From Bacteriovoracaceae bacterium (GTDB taxonomy: Bacteria > Bdellovibrionota > Bacteriovoracia > Bacteriovoracales > Bacteriovoracaceae): a stretch of DNA of 64,000 bases. The notes beneath the pieces were generated by a model. It saw only the letters and a program-made list of their open reading frames with translations, did not search any database and was not told the origin of the DNA. The stretch spans positions 480,001-544,000 of the forward strand of contig JBLWTJ010000002.1 of the NCBI GenBank assembly GCA_048270185.1. The letters run 5' to 3'. Both the position numbers and the translations under genes were made by a program. Below, one piece after another: positions 39,431 through 48,447 of the stretch; position 1 is the stretch's first letter; each line of letters starts with the position of its first letter.

Positions 39431-40466
39431 ATTTTAGAAATTCTACGTGAACTGGTTTTTCTTGAGCAGCTTGCTCTTTCTTTGCAATACGAGCTTTCTT
39501 CTTATCCTGTCTCTTCTTGTGAGCGGCTTCTCTTTCTTCGTATGCTTGTCTTCTTAACTCTTTTTCTTTTGCCTTCTTTGTCTCAGAAATCTCTTTAATC
39601 GACTGGAAGTAAGTCTCTCTTCTAAACTTAGTGAAAGCTTTATCATCAGCGGCAGTACAGCCTTGATGACCTTTATTCTTAAGATTGATTGATTTCTTTG
39701 TTGAAATGTACTCAACAGCAGTTTCTAGCTTCTTTCCATTACTATCAATACCAATAGCAGCTAAAAGACTTTTCTTTGTAACAAGTCTGTACGATCCTGG
39801 AGCAATTCCCTCAACAGTAAGTCCACCAATTGAAATACGTTTTAGTTTATCAACGGTAAGACCTGCCCCTTCACACATACGACGAATTTCACGGTTCTTA
39901 CCTTCGTTAATTCTAAACTCTAACCAAGTCTTTGTTTGAAGTTGTTTAATAACACGTACAGATTGTGGTTTTGTCATCACACCATCAATATAAACACCTG
40001 CTCTCAATTTTTTTAGCAGAAATTCATTAACGGCACCAAATACCTTAACTTCATACACTTTTGTTAGATCTGAACTTGGGTGAATAACAAGATTTGCAAA
40101 GTCACCATCGTTAGTTAGAAGAAGTAGACCTTCTGAAAGATAGTCAAGACGGCCAACAGGATAGATTCTCTCACTGATCTCTTTACAAAGATCAATTACA
40201 GTTTGTCTTCCCTCTGGGTCATTAACTGTTGTCATGATCCCACGTGGTTTATTCATAACCATATATATTTTTTCAACGGCCTGTAGATCCGCAATCTTTC
40301 CATCAACGATAACAGCGTCGATATTTGGATTAACTTTTGTTCCAAGCTCTCTGATTGCAATACCATTAACCTTAACTCGTCCTTGAACGATTAAGTCTTC
40401 GGCCTTACGGCGTGAAGTGATTCCACAATCTGCAATAAATTTTTGTAAGCGAACTAATTTTGACAT
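39429..40466 (-). CDS. rluB: 23S rRNA pseudouridine synthase (RluB/RsuA family) with basic C-terminal tail
   Basis: S4 domain RLQKFIA..SRRKAE, VGRLD, EGKNREIRRM; follows scpB. Confidence 0.9.
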   Translation of the reverse strand: MSKLVRLQKFIADCGITSRRKAEDLIVQGRVKVNGIAIRELGTKVNPNIDAVIVDGKIADLQAVEKIYMVMNKPRGIMTTVNDPEGRQTVIDLCKEISERIYPVGRLDYLSEGLLLLTNDGDFANLVIHPSSDLTKVYEVKVFGAVNEFLLKKLRAGVYIDGVMTKPQSVRVIKQLQTKTWLEFRINEGKNREIRRMCEGAGLTVDKLKRISIGGLTVEGIAPGSYRLVTKKSLLAAIGIDSNGKKLETAVEYISTKKSINLKNKGHQGCTAADDKAFTKFRRETYFQSIKEISETKKAKEKELRRQAYEEREAAHKKRQDKKKARIAKKEQAAQEKPVHVEFLK

Positions 40467-40510
40467 TTGATTCTCCTATCTGCCATCTCGGCGGTTAAAA
40501 GTCATAAAGA

Positions 40511-40548
40511 AAAAGCTTACGTCTAAATAGAACTAAACGTAAGCTTTT
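40511..40548. repeat. 12-bp perfect inverted repeat between scpB and rluB
   Basis: AAAAGCTTACGT-N14-ACGTAAGCTTTT. Confidence 0.7.
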
Positions 40549-40570
40549 ACAAGTATTAAGTAATTATTTC

Positions 40571-42043
40571 TTAATCGAGAAGTGAGTCTGAGTCCTCTAA
40601 GTCCTTGTTATTTAGAAAGTCTAAGTCTAAATCAAGATCACGGGCCCCATTAATTAAGTTTTGAGTCGTTTCATTGATATTATCTGTGAATTCTGCATCC
40701 ATTTCATCTTGTGGCAGATCTGATCCCCCACCGAATAATTTAGAGAAGGCATCATCAAGGGCCTGGGCCAATTGATCCTCTTCTGAAGATGACTTTGTTT
40801 CATCAATAATTGCAATTTCTTCAATCTCTTGTTGTGGTTCTAAGGCCACAGTCTCTTCTGCGTCAGGAGCCAAAATTGCTTCAGCAACTTCTTCAAGAGC
40901 TTCTTCAACAGTAATATCTTTAATAACTTCACCTGAATCCAGGTCAATCATTTCAAATTCTTCTTCCTCTTCTTCAGGAATGTTAAATGGGCCTTTCGTT
41001 AGATCTTCAATAACTTCAGGACAAGTGATGGCAGTAAAAACTTCAGAAGCTGCTGATTCAATATTTGAGCCAGTCACAAGAGAGTTATCAAGATGTCTTT
41101 CTAATAGATCGAAGGCCGTAAGTACTTCTTCTCCTTCAACATTACTCTTTCTCTTTCTTTCTTGAACTTTAAGAGACTTAGTGAATGCAGTTTCTGAATC
41201 GATTTCTTTAATCGACATGGCAATATTATCAAGCTCTTCAATCTCATCTTGATCAAAGCGTGATGCAAGATCGGCATTAACAAGAGTTTTAATGTCCTCA
41301 ATTTTACCAACACCTTGAGCAGCAATTTCAGAAAGCTCATGCTCAGGTGGAAGTTGATCAATATTTGCAAGGTTAAATACTTCTAAGAACTCAGCAGTTG
41401 TTCCGTAAAGAACAGGACGACCAACTTCATCAGAGCGGCCTTCAACTTTAACAAGTCTCTTATCCATTAGACCGCGAACAATGTGAGAGCTATCCACTCC
41501 GCGGATCTTTTCAATTTCAATTTTAGAAACTGGCTGCTTATAAGCAATAATAGCAAGTACTTCAAGAGCAGTTGGAGAAAGAACTAGTTCATTGATTTTG
41601 AATAGGTCTTGCACATATTTAGAGAAAGTTGCTTTTGTTCTAAATTGGTAACCATTAGCAACTTCTTGTAGTCTAATACCATGGTGCTTTGATTCATACT
41701 CATCTTGTAGACGAGTAATCGCTTCGTGTACAACACGCAGAGGAATATCTTCATCAATTAATGATTTAATCTTCATTAGTGGAACTGGCTTATCGCTCAT
41801 GAAAACGATTGTCTCAATTGCTCCACAAATAGTTTCTTCGTTTAAGCCAGTTCTGGCCTTCCAAAGCTTATCTTCTTGAAGCTTTTCATCTGCAAAGTCT
41901 GACTCCAGTTTTAAATACTCTTCTGGAAACTCAAGGTCAGCATCACTTGGCATTAGTACCATTTCTAGCTCTTCAAGCATTTCCTCATCAGTTGAAAGAA
42001 ACTCAAGGTTTAATTCATTTGTTGTCGTTGTATTCTCATCCAT
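40571..42043 (-). CDS. scpB: SMC-Scp complex subunit ScpB with acidic N- and C-terminal extensions
   Basis: VANGYQFRT, LEVLAIIAYKQP, IRGVDS, GRPVLYGTT..FL..F. Confidence 0.92.
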   Translation of the reverse strand: MDENTTTTNELNLEFLSTDEEMLEELEMVLMPSDADLEFPEEYLKLESDFADEKLQEDKLWKARTGLNEETICGAIETIVFMSDKPVPLMKIKSLIDEDIPLRVVHEAITRLQDEYESKHHGIRLQEVANGYQFRTKATFSKYVQDLFKINELVLSPTALEVLAIIAYKQPVSKIEIEKIRGVDSSHIVRGLMDKRLVKVEGRSDEVGRPVLYGTTAEFLEVFNLANIDQLPPEHELSEIAAQGVGKIEDIKTLVNADLASRFDQDEIEELDNIAMSIKEIDSETAFTKSLKVQERKRKSNVEGEEVLTAFDLLERHLDNSLVTGSNIESAASEVFTAITCPEVIEDLTKGPFNIPEEEEEEFEMIDLDSGEVIKDITVEEALEEVAEAILAPDAEETVALEPQQEIEEIAIIDETKSSSEEDQLAQALDDAFSKLFGGGSDLPQDEMDAEFTDNINETTQNLINGARDLDLDLDFLNNKDLEDSDSLLD

Positions 42044-42067
42044 TGTGTGTGCTCTCTCTAATAACGA

Positions 42068-42979
42068 TTAAAGCGTTACTTGTTGTTCAACTTGTTCAGT
42101 TAATTCTTGTGTATCGATTTTATCTTTTGATTCATTTTCATCTTCGAATCCATCTGCCTGAGTGACGTCAAAGTCTTCGAGTGACTTCACAACATCAACA
42201 TAAACGTTTCCAAAGTTTTCGTTTTGAAAGATTTCAACTCGCTTTAGACGTGCAAGCTCTAGAAGTGAGATAAAAGTAATAACTACATTATCAATCGTGT
42301 TCTTACCATCTGCTGACATCTTGGCCGTATCATCACCAGTGCTTGTCGCAATTCGACTATTGCTATCATTTTCTAAAAGCTCATCTAAGTTAGTTTTTTG
42401 TCCTACAGTTAAGTAGTTCTTTAGGAACTCAAGCTTCTCTTTAATTGATAAGCGATCGCGCTTAATAACAGTATATTTTCTATTTTGTCTGAAAATAAAA
42501 TCAATCATGGTATCTGTAAGCTTCTCAAGATCCATTGGCGTAAGGATTGAGTTTACAATCTCTTTACGATTAATTTTTGGCTTTACAAAAATATCCACAC
42601 CTTTTTGAGGAAGGCCGAGTAACTTCTGTCCCATTTTCTGATAAAGGGCAAGCTCTTCAAGGCGTCTTACAAGTTCAGCATGAGAAGTGATATTTAATGA
42701 TCCTTCGGCCCCAAGTTGGTTTTGTAGTTTTGCCTGTTCTTCTTCTGTCACAGCATTCTTAGACTTAAGTAGAACGAGAGTTGCTGCTAAGAATAAGTAG
42801 TCACCTGCAATATCGAAGTTTAGCTCTTTCATATTGGCCAGGTAATCAAGGTATTGCTTTGTGATCTTAGTAAGGTTTAACTCCTTAATCGACATTTGCT
42901 CTTTCTGAATAAGCAGTAGCAAAAGTGACAAGGGGCCATCAAACGTATCTGTTTTGACCTTAATTGTTGTGTCTAACAT
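42068..42979 (-). CDS. scpA: Kleisin ScpA
   Basis: FDGPLSLLLLLI, QYLDYL, VITFISLLEL, QNENFG. Confidence 0.92.
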   Translation of the reverse strand: MLDTTIKVKTDTFDGPLSLLLLLIQKEQMSIKELNLTKITKQYLDYLANMKELNFDIAGDYLFLAATLVLLKSKNAVTEEEQAKLQNQLGAEGSLNITSHAELVRRLEELALYQKMGQKLLGLPQKGVDIFVKPKINRKEIVNSILTPMDLEKLTDTMIDFIFRQNRKYTVIKRDRLSIKEKLEFLKNYLTVGQKTNLDELLENDSNSRIATSTGDDTAKMSADGKNTIDNVVITFISLLELARLKRVEIFQNENFGNVYVDVVKSLEDFDVTQADGFEDENESKDKIDTQELTEQVEQQVTL

Positions 42980-43006
42980 AAGTTAATATCCCTCTATTCC
43001 CTTAAC

Positions 43007-43666
43007 TTAAGAGAGAATACGAGCAAACGTATTCATCAAATTCATTCCAAATCCCATTACAGGTCTAATCATGTAACCAAAGATTGGAGTGAACCAAAGA
43101 ATTAGAATAAATAAAAAGCTAAATCTTTGGAGTTCTTCATATTTTCGTGCTGAATTGTAGTCTAAGTAAGCTGAAACCATCTTCGATCCATCAAGAGGAG
43201 GAAATGGAATTAAGTTAAATACGGCCAGTAAGATATTGATAAATACCGAGTACTGAAGCATATCCATAAATTGAGTCTTAAGAGTAAATGTCCCTGGCAC
43301 ATAAGCATAAACAAGTCCAAAGACGAGTGCTGAAAGGAACATTAAAATCAGATTTGCACCAGGTCCAGCAAAACTCACCCAAAAGATTCCCGACTTCATA
43401 TTTTTAAAGCGACGTGTATCGACGGGTACTGGCTTGGCCCAACCAAATGGAACACCACCTAGGGCAATCCCAACGAGTGGGAATAAAACTGTTCCAACGA
43501 GGTCAATATGTGGAATAGGATTTAGCGTAAGGCGACCAATTCTTTCGGCCGTATCATCACCATATCTTCTCGCCATCCAGGCATGGCCAAACTCATGAAA
43601 TGAGATCGCTAATAAAAATCCCGGAAGGGCCAAAGTTAATGTATTGAAAATACGCATAATATCCAT
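43007..43666 (-). CDS. Site-2 protease (M50)
   Basis: HEFGH, GRLTLNP, GWAKPVP, FNLIPFPPLDG. Confidence 0.92.
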   Translation of the reverse strand: MDIMRIFNTLTLALPGFLLAISFHEFGHAWMARRYGDDTAERIGRLTLNPIPHIDLVGTVLFPLVGIALGGVPFGWAKPVPVDTRRFKNMKSGIFWVSFAGPGANLILMFLSALVFGLVYAYVPGTFTLKTQFMDMLQYSVFINILLAVFNLIPFPPLDGSKMVSAYLDYNSARKYEELQRFSFLFILILWFTPIFGYMIRPVMGFGMNLMNTFARILS

Positions 43667-43803
43667 CGCAATAATCTACCAAATCCCACGGGAATCGACA
43701 AAATTTTAGGCCCTAAAATGAACGGAATGTAAGACAAATTAAAGAAATTAACCCCAAATTTCCCCAAGTCCCTGTAAATTGAAAATTTTGATATAATAAA
43801 CTT

Positions 43804-44214
43804 ATGAATACGCTCCATAAAAAAGTGCAAGTGGTCACACTGCACAAAAACAAAAAATCCTTACTTCTTCTGGAGATGAAAGAGGACCGTGGCTTTGGTT
43901 GGCAAAATATTACGGGCTCAGTTGAGGGTGAAGAGGATTTAGAAACAGCGGCCAAAAGAGAGCTTTTAGAAGAAACTGGAATTGCTCAAGCCGAGGTTGT
44001 GCAACTTGATCAGATTTTTAAATTTCATGACAGGTGGGGAAAGGATGTTGAGGAATATTGCTTCCTAGCACTTGTAGCTACACTCGATATTACAATTAGT
44101 AGTCAAGAGCACCAAGGTTACAAGTGGCTTGCGATTAACGAAGTACAGGGCAAGGACTTCAAATATGAAAGCAATTATACTGCATTCAAAAAGGCCATCG
44201 AATGCTTAGATTAA
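43804..44214 (+). CDS. NUDIX hydrolase (NudB-like)
   Basis: WQNITGSVE..E....AAKRELLEETG Nudix box; EHQGYKWL. Confidence 0.85.
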   Translation: MNTLHKKVQVVTLHKNKKSLLLLEMKEDRGFGWQNITGSVEGEEDLETAAKRELLEETGIAQAEVVQLDQIFKFHDRWGKDVEEYCFLALVATLDITISSQEHQGYKWLAINEVQGKDFKYESNYTAFKKAIECLD

Positions 44215-45143
44215 AGATCATACTTCTCATTTTTGTCTGCTTCATATCTTATGCAGAATCTAAAGAAGACAAACTCTTTAAAGATCTTGCTCGTCTTTCC
44301 AAAGAAGAGCAAGGAAAGAAAAAGAAAGCTCCTTCACGTTTTAAATACTTAAAAAATAACTTTCAAGTAAAGACTCAAAGAAGTGTTGTTACTGCTGGAT
44401 CGACTCTTGAGAGCCTTGATGGTACTAAATTCTACCAAGTTTCTGAAAATACCATCGTCAAAACAAGAGAAGTAGCGCCAGGATCTCGCTACTATTACAT
44501 TCTTCCTAAAGAGGGTGAACCTAAGTATGTTATTCAAGGTGAGTATTTAAGGCATCTTGAGCATATCCTGACTTTCAATGAGAAGAAGTTTAAACCTTTT
44601 GATCGTAGTAAACACAAGACCATCGAGTTTGATAAAGATGAGCTCTACACATACTTTCAAGTTAAGGCAGGGGTTGGTTCATCCACACCATCTTTCTTCA
44701 ATGATGGCACAAGTTTAACAAGTACCAATTTTGCACTTGAAGCTGGAGTTGAAACATTTAAGAATATCCCAGTTTTTATAACCCTGGATTACCTTACGCA
44801 AAACAGTGGTCAAGAAGTTCAGTTCAATGCTTTCTCGATTGGCGTTCGTACAGAATACCGAAAACATTTTAAAAATGATTCATATATTGCCGCAGGATTA
44901 GTTGCACAACGATCACTTTTCTCTTCTGCTAAAGTTTTAGGTACATCAATCAATCATTCCCTCGATTCATTTGGAATTAATATCAGCTATAACTACAAAA
45001 CGTATTTTTTAAGTTTTGATTTAAAAAAACAAAATTACTCTTTCGATGCCAATGTATCTTTTCCTAGCTCAAACTTAGCAGATAATAATGGGGCAACTCT
45101 CTTTAGTTTTGGTATCGGTAAGGAATTTGAGGCCGCAATATGA
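44202..45143 (+). CDS. Exported protein, probable outer-membrane beta-barrel C-terminus
   Basis: Signal peptide; alternating amphipathic strands in C-terminal half. Confidence 0.55.
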   Translation: MLRLKIILLIFVCFISYAESKEDKLFKDLARLSKEEQGKKKKAPSRFKYLKNNFQVKTQRSVVTAGSTLESLDGTKFYQVSENTIVKTREVAPGSRYYYILPKEGEPKYVIQGEYLRHLEHILTFNEKKFKPFDRSKHKTIEFDKDELYTYFQVKAGVGSSTPSFFNDGTSLTSTNFALEAGVETFKNIPVFITLDYLTQNSGQEVQFNAFSIGVRTEYRKHFKNDSYIAAGLVAQRSLFSSAKVLGTSINHSLDSFGINISYNYKTYFLSFDLKKQNYSFDANVSFPSSNLADNNGATLFSFGIGKEFEAAI

Positions 45144-46108
45144 TTAAGACTCTACTCACTCTCCTCTTTATTTTCAGAGTATTTGCAACTGATGGATTAA
45201 TTCGAGTTCATGAAGCACCTATCCTCAGTAAGCCAAGTGCAGATGGAAATATTTTAATGTTAGTACGTAAGGGGGAGACGATCTATCTTCATCCAAATCA
45301 CTTAAATGATGAAGGTTATTACACTACTCTCACGAGAGATGGGAGAAAGGCCTATATTAGAAAGGACTTCATAAAGTTAATTTTGAATAATGAATCTGAG
45401 GATTTAGGTAATACGATTTATGTTCAAAATGATCCCACTGATTATGTTATTGATGAACCACTTCCAGAAAAATATCCACTTAAAGGATACCCATCCAACA
45501 AGGCCAATATCGATTTCGTTCTTAGAAAGGGGATGACTTCACACTATAATTACTCCAATCAGATTGAGCGTGAAAGTACAGGCTTTTCAGGAACTCTTAA
45601 TTTAAAGTATCTGCGTCCCGCCCGTTTTGATGAGGAGAATAGGCTCTATTTCGGCTTCTTTGGAGGCATATCGAGTGGTCAAAACGAGTATTTATTAACT
45701 GATGAAATCTACACGAGAGAAAGTGACGTTTCCTTCACTATTGGGCCTGTCATTTCCTATACATTTTACAAGAGACAATTCTTTGAAATTGAATCTGTAT
45801 TACAAGTCGGTGCTAATTTTCAAAGAACCTTTATCACACAAGATGATGTAACAAATGGAGTCTTTGAAGAAAAACTTTTCACAGGACTTTCTTTTAATAT
45901 TCGGCTTGGTGTTAATCTGACTCATAAGAAGTTTTTTAACTCTGATTCAGCTTTTCTCTACCATGGTCCAGTCATCGATATTAGACTCCCCTCAACTCTT
46001 AGTTCAGATGGACAATTTGAAAATCCACAGCTTTGGACGGCCACAGATTTAGCAACAGATTTAGAAGGAACTTTCGGATACAACGTCGGAATAACCTATA
46101 TTTACTAG
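45140..46108 (+). CDS. Exported protein with SH3-like N-terminus and probable beta-barrel
   Basis: Signal peptide; APILSKPS...VRKGETI...GRKAYI; ends GYNVGITYIY (beta-signal-like). Confidence 0.6.
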   Translation: MIKTLLTLLFIFRVFATDGLIRVHEAPILSKPSADGNILMLVRKGETIYLHPNHLNDEGYYTTLTRDGRKAYIRKDFIKLILNNESEDLGNTIYVQNDPTDYVIDEPLPEKYPLKGYPSNKANIDFVLRKGMTSHYNYSNQIERESTGFSGTLNLKYLRPARFDEENRLYFGFFGGISSGQNEYLLTDEIYTRESDVSFTIGPVISYTFYKRQFFEIESVLQVGANFQRTFITQDDVTNGVFEEKLFTGLSFNIRLGVNLTHKKFFNSDSAFLYHGPVIDIRLPSTLSSDGQFENPQLWTATDLATDLEGTFGYNVGITYIY

Positions 46109-46163
46109 TACTTACAAGCAGAGGGGAAAAATCTTCCCCTCATCACTATAGCCTCTCTTTTTT

Positions 46164-46190
46164 TTAATTATTAAATTCTATCGCCGATAA
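46164..46190 (+). promoter_or_regulatory. Putative sigma28 promoter
   Basis: TTAA-N15-GCCGATAA (perfect -10). Confidence 0.7.
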
Positions 46191-46246
46191 ATTAGGTGTC
46201 ATTGTTTTAGCAAGGAATGCAAAAACATAATTCAGGAGGAAGGTTT

Positions 46247-46459
46247 ATGACAGTTCAATACAAAGGTACAGAAGTTCTTTTTCAAAAACTAGGTAATAAC
46301 TGGTTCATTTTCGCAGAAATCAACGACGAAGTAATTTATTCAACAATGCCAGAAGGTATGGATCCATATTCAACAAAGCTTGAACTTTATGAAGTGATTG
46401 AAGATCACATGAAGAGAGTTTCAACAATGAGAAAAAGCTCAGCTGAAGCAGCTGCTTAG
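46247..46459 (+). CDS. Small hypothetical protein (70 aa) ending in -AAA
   Basis: AGGAGG RBS before ATG at 46247. Confidence 0.75.
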   Translation: MTVQYKGTEVLFQKLGNNWFIFAEINDEVIYSTMPEGMDPYSTKLELYEVIEDHMKRVSTMRKSSAEAAA

Positions 46460-46468
46460 GATCGAATT

Positions 46469-46660
46469 ATGGGTGTAAAAAAATACACAACATTATATAT
46501 GGGTGCACCGGCCGAAAAAGCTAGTGCACCAACTAAAGAAGATCACGTTAAAGAAAAAAGCGAGATTGAACAGCTAAAAGAAGCGATTCAAAAACGTTTT
46601 GAAAATCCAGAAGAAATAAAAAAAGCTGCTCGAATTATTGAAGAAATGCTAAATCGCTAA
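46469..46660 (+). CDS. Small hypothetical protein
   Basis: 63-aa ORF 9 bp after the previous gene; AGGA RBS. Confidence 0.65.
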   Translation: MGVKKYTTLYMGAPAEKASAPTKEDHVKEKSEIEQLKEAIQKRFENPEEIKKAARIIEEMLNR

Positions 46661-47517
46661 CGTCTAAAGTTAGCGACAACTTCCATTAAAGAATTTACAT
46701 TACATTGCTTAATCACTTGGATAACTTCAGTTGTTACATTGTAGACCTGACAAGGCAATCTTTCTTCGAGTACAATATTTTGCTCGATAAAATTCTTCGT
46801 AAAATTATTTGAAGTCTGACTATTTAACTTACTCATGCCCAAAATTATTGCTCGATAGAGTCGTTTATTATTTTTTCTTACATAGAGATAGACTGGGTAG
46901 TTGTAGTAAATAAAGTTCTTATTATCCACGAGAAGATTTTGTTTTTGATTGAGGACTTCAATATATGCTTCTGAAACCCCCCTTAAAGTATAATCTGCAC
47001 TTCCATTATTTAATGCATGATAAATTCCTGAAAATGAATCCACTGCCACTAATTTAAATTTACTCTTTTTTAAAATTTTAAAATCTCTCCAATTTCTATT
47101 AAATGAAACTCGTAATTTCTTATAGTCTGCGGCTCCCTTTATTCCCTCAATCATCTGTCTGTTCTTATATTCATAAACAGGCAAACGCAGCCCTAGAAGT
47201 CCCGAAAGAATAGGAGCCTCAACTCTCCTAAAGTCAGTTAGATCCCAATTCTCAGAAGGAGAATAGAGAATATCTCCTTTTAGATAACTACCATTTTCGA
47301 CACATTCTTTTTCACTACCACAATCAAACGGAATGACTTTGAAATCCCCAAATTCATTTCGGGCCAAAGTTAGTACTTCTTCCAAAAAGTAGCGAAAGTA
47401 TTGATGGCGATAATGTCCCTGAATTGTCTTAATCTCAAACTCTTCAACCTCTTGAGCACTAATACCTAGAGGGAATAACAAGACAATAAATATTAAGTTC
47501 TTTATAAAGCGGCCCAT
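46657..47517 (-). CDS. Periplasmic binding protein-like (type 2) exported protein
   Basis: Signal peptide; PILSGLLGLR, W.D..IL, DYTLRGVSEA, YYNYPVYLYV. Confidence 0.65.
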   Translation of the reverse strand: MGRFIKNLIFIVLLFPLGISAQEVEEFEIKTIQGHYRHQYFRYFLEEVLTLARNEFGDFKVIPFDCGSEKECVENGSYLKGDILYSPSENWDLTDFRRVEAPILSGLLGLRLPVYEYKNRQMIEGIKGAADYKKLRVSFNRNWRDFKILKKSKFKLVAVDSFSGIYHALNNGSADYTLRGVSEAYIEVLNQKQNLLVDNKNFIYYNYPVYLYVRKNNKRLYRAIILGMSKLNSQTSNNFTKNFIEQNIVLEERLPCQVYNVTTEVIQVIKQCNVNSLMEVVANFRR

Positions 47518-47676
47518 GACTTAGTCTCTAATATTTTGTCACTACTTTGAACTTAAGATTCCCTAATATTTATTTATGAACGAAACTCCCCTATAAGCTA
47601 TATAAAAGTGTTTAAAGCCTTGCCTGAACGGTCTCTTTTTGATAACTAGGTGCAATATAATATTGAGGAGTTTAAG

Positions 47677-48426
47677 TTGCCAGTTAAATCAGATGCTCAA
47701 CAAGCTAGTAATGACCCATTTGCGTATAAACAAGACCAAGATAAGTCTTTTTCAGAAGGTTTTGAATATAAGCATAAGAACCCTTACCACGACAAGCTAA
47801 CTGAATTTAGTGAATTCGTTCTTCGTGACGATGAAGCAGAAGTTCACCGCGGGAAGTGGAATGAGGAAGTCTTTAAGACAGATGGTGAGCTATGTCTTGA
47901 GATTGGTTCAGGATATGGCCACTTCATGCTGCAATATTGTGATGCTTATCGCGACCAAAATTTTGTTGGCCTAGACTACCGCTTTAAGCGTAGCTATGCG
48001 CTTGCGAAGAAATTAAAATCACTTCCATATCGCAATTTTAAATACTTAAGAGCGAAGGGAGAACGAATTGAACATCTCTTTGCTGAAAACGAGCTAGATA
48101 AGGTATTCTACTTCTTCCCTGATCCTTGGCCAAAGGCCCGTCATCATAAGAAGAGACTCTTCCAGCTTCCATTCTTAGAGAGGGCATACAAAGTTATCAA
48201 GCCAGGTGGATACTTCTTCGTTAAGACGGATCACGATGGTTACGCTGAGTGGATGAAGGAAGTAATTGAAAAACAAGATCTTTTTGAGCTAGAGCTTGAA
48301 ACAAAGGACTTGTGGAATGACGCTCCAGACCACCTACTTTGCCAGTTTAAGACTAAGTTTGAGAAAATATTTATCGAGCAAGGTGTAAATATTAAAGCTT
48401 TTGTTCTAAAATCCAAAAAAGCATAA
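47677..48426 (+). CDS. trmB: tRNA (guanine-N7)-methyltransferase
   Basis: LEIGSGYG, FPDPWPKARHHKKR, KTD, TKFE; likely TTG start at 47677 after GAGGAG (ORF track start 47650). Confidence 0.93.
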   Translation: MPVKSDAQQASNDPFAYKQDQDKSFSEGFEYKHKNPYHDKLTEFSEFVLRDDEAEVHRGKWNEEVFKTDGELCLEIGSGYGHFMLQYCDAYRDQNFVGLDYRFKRSYALAKKLKSLPYRNFKYLRAKGERIEHLFAENELDKVFYFFPDPWPKARHHKKRLFQLPFLERAYKVIKPGGYFFVKTDHDGYAEWMKEVIEKQDLFELELETKDLWNDAPDHLLCQFKTKFEKIFIEQGVNIKAFVLKSKKA

Positions 48427-48447
48427 TAAATAAGGTAAGCCTCTTAG

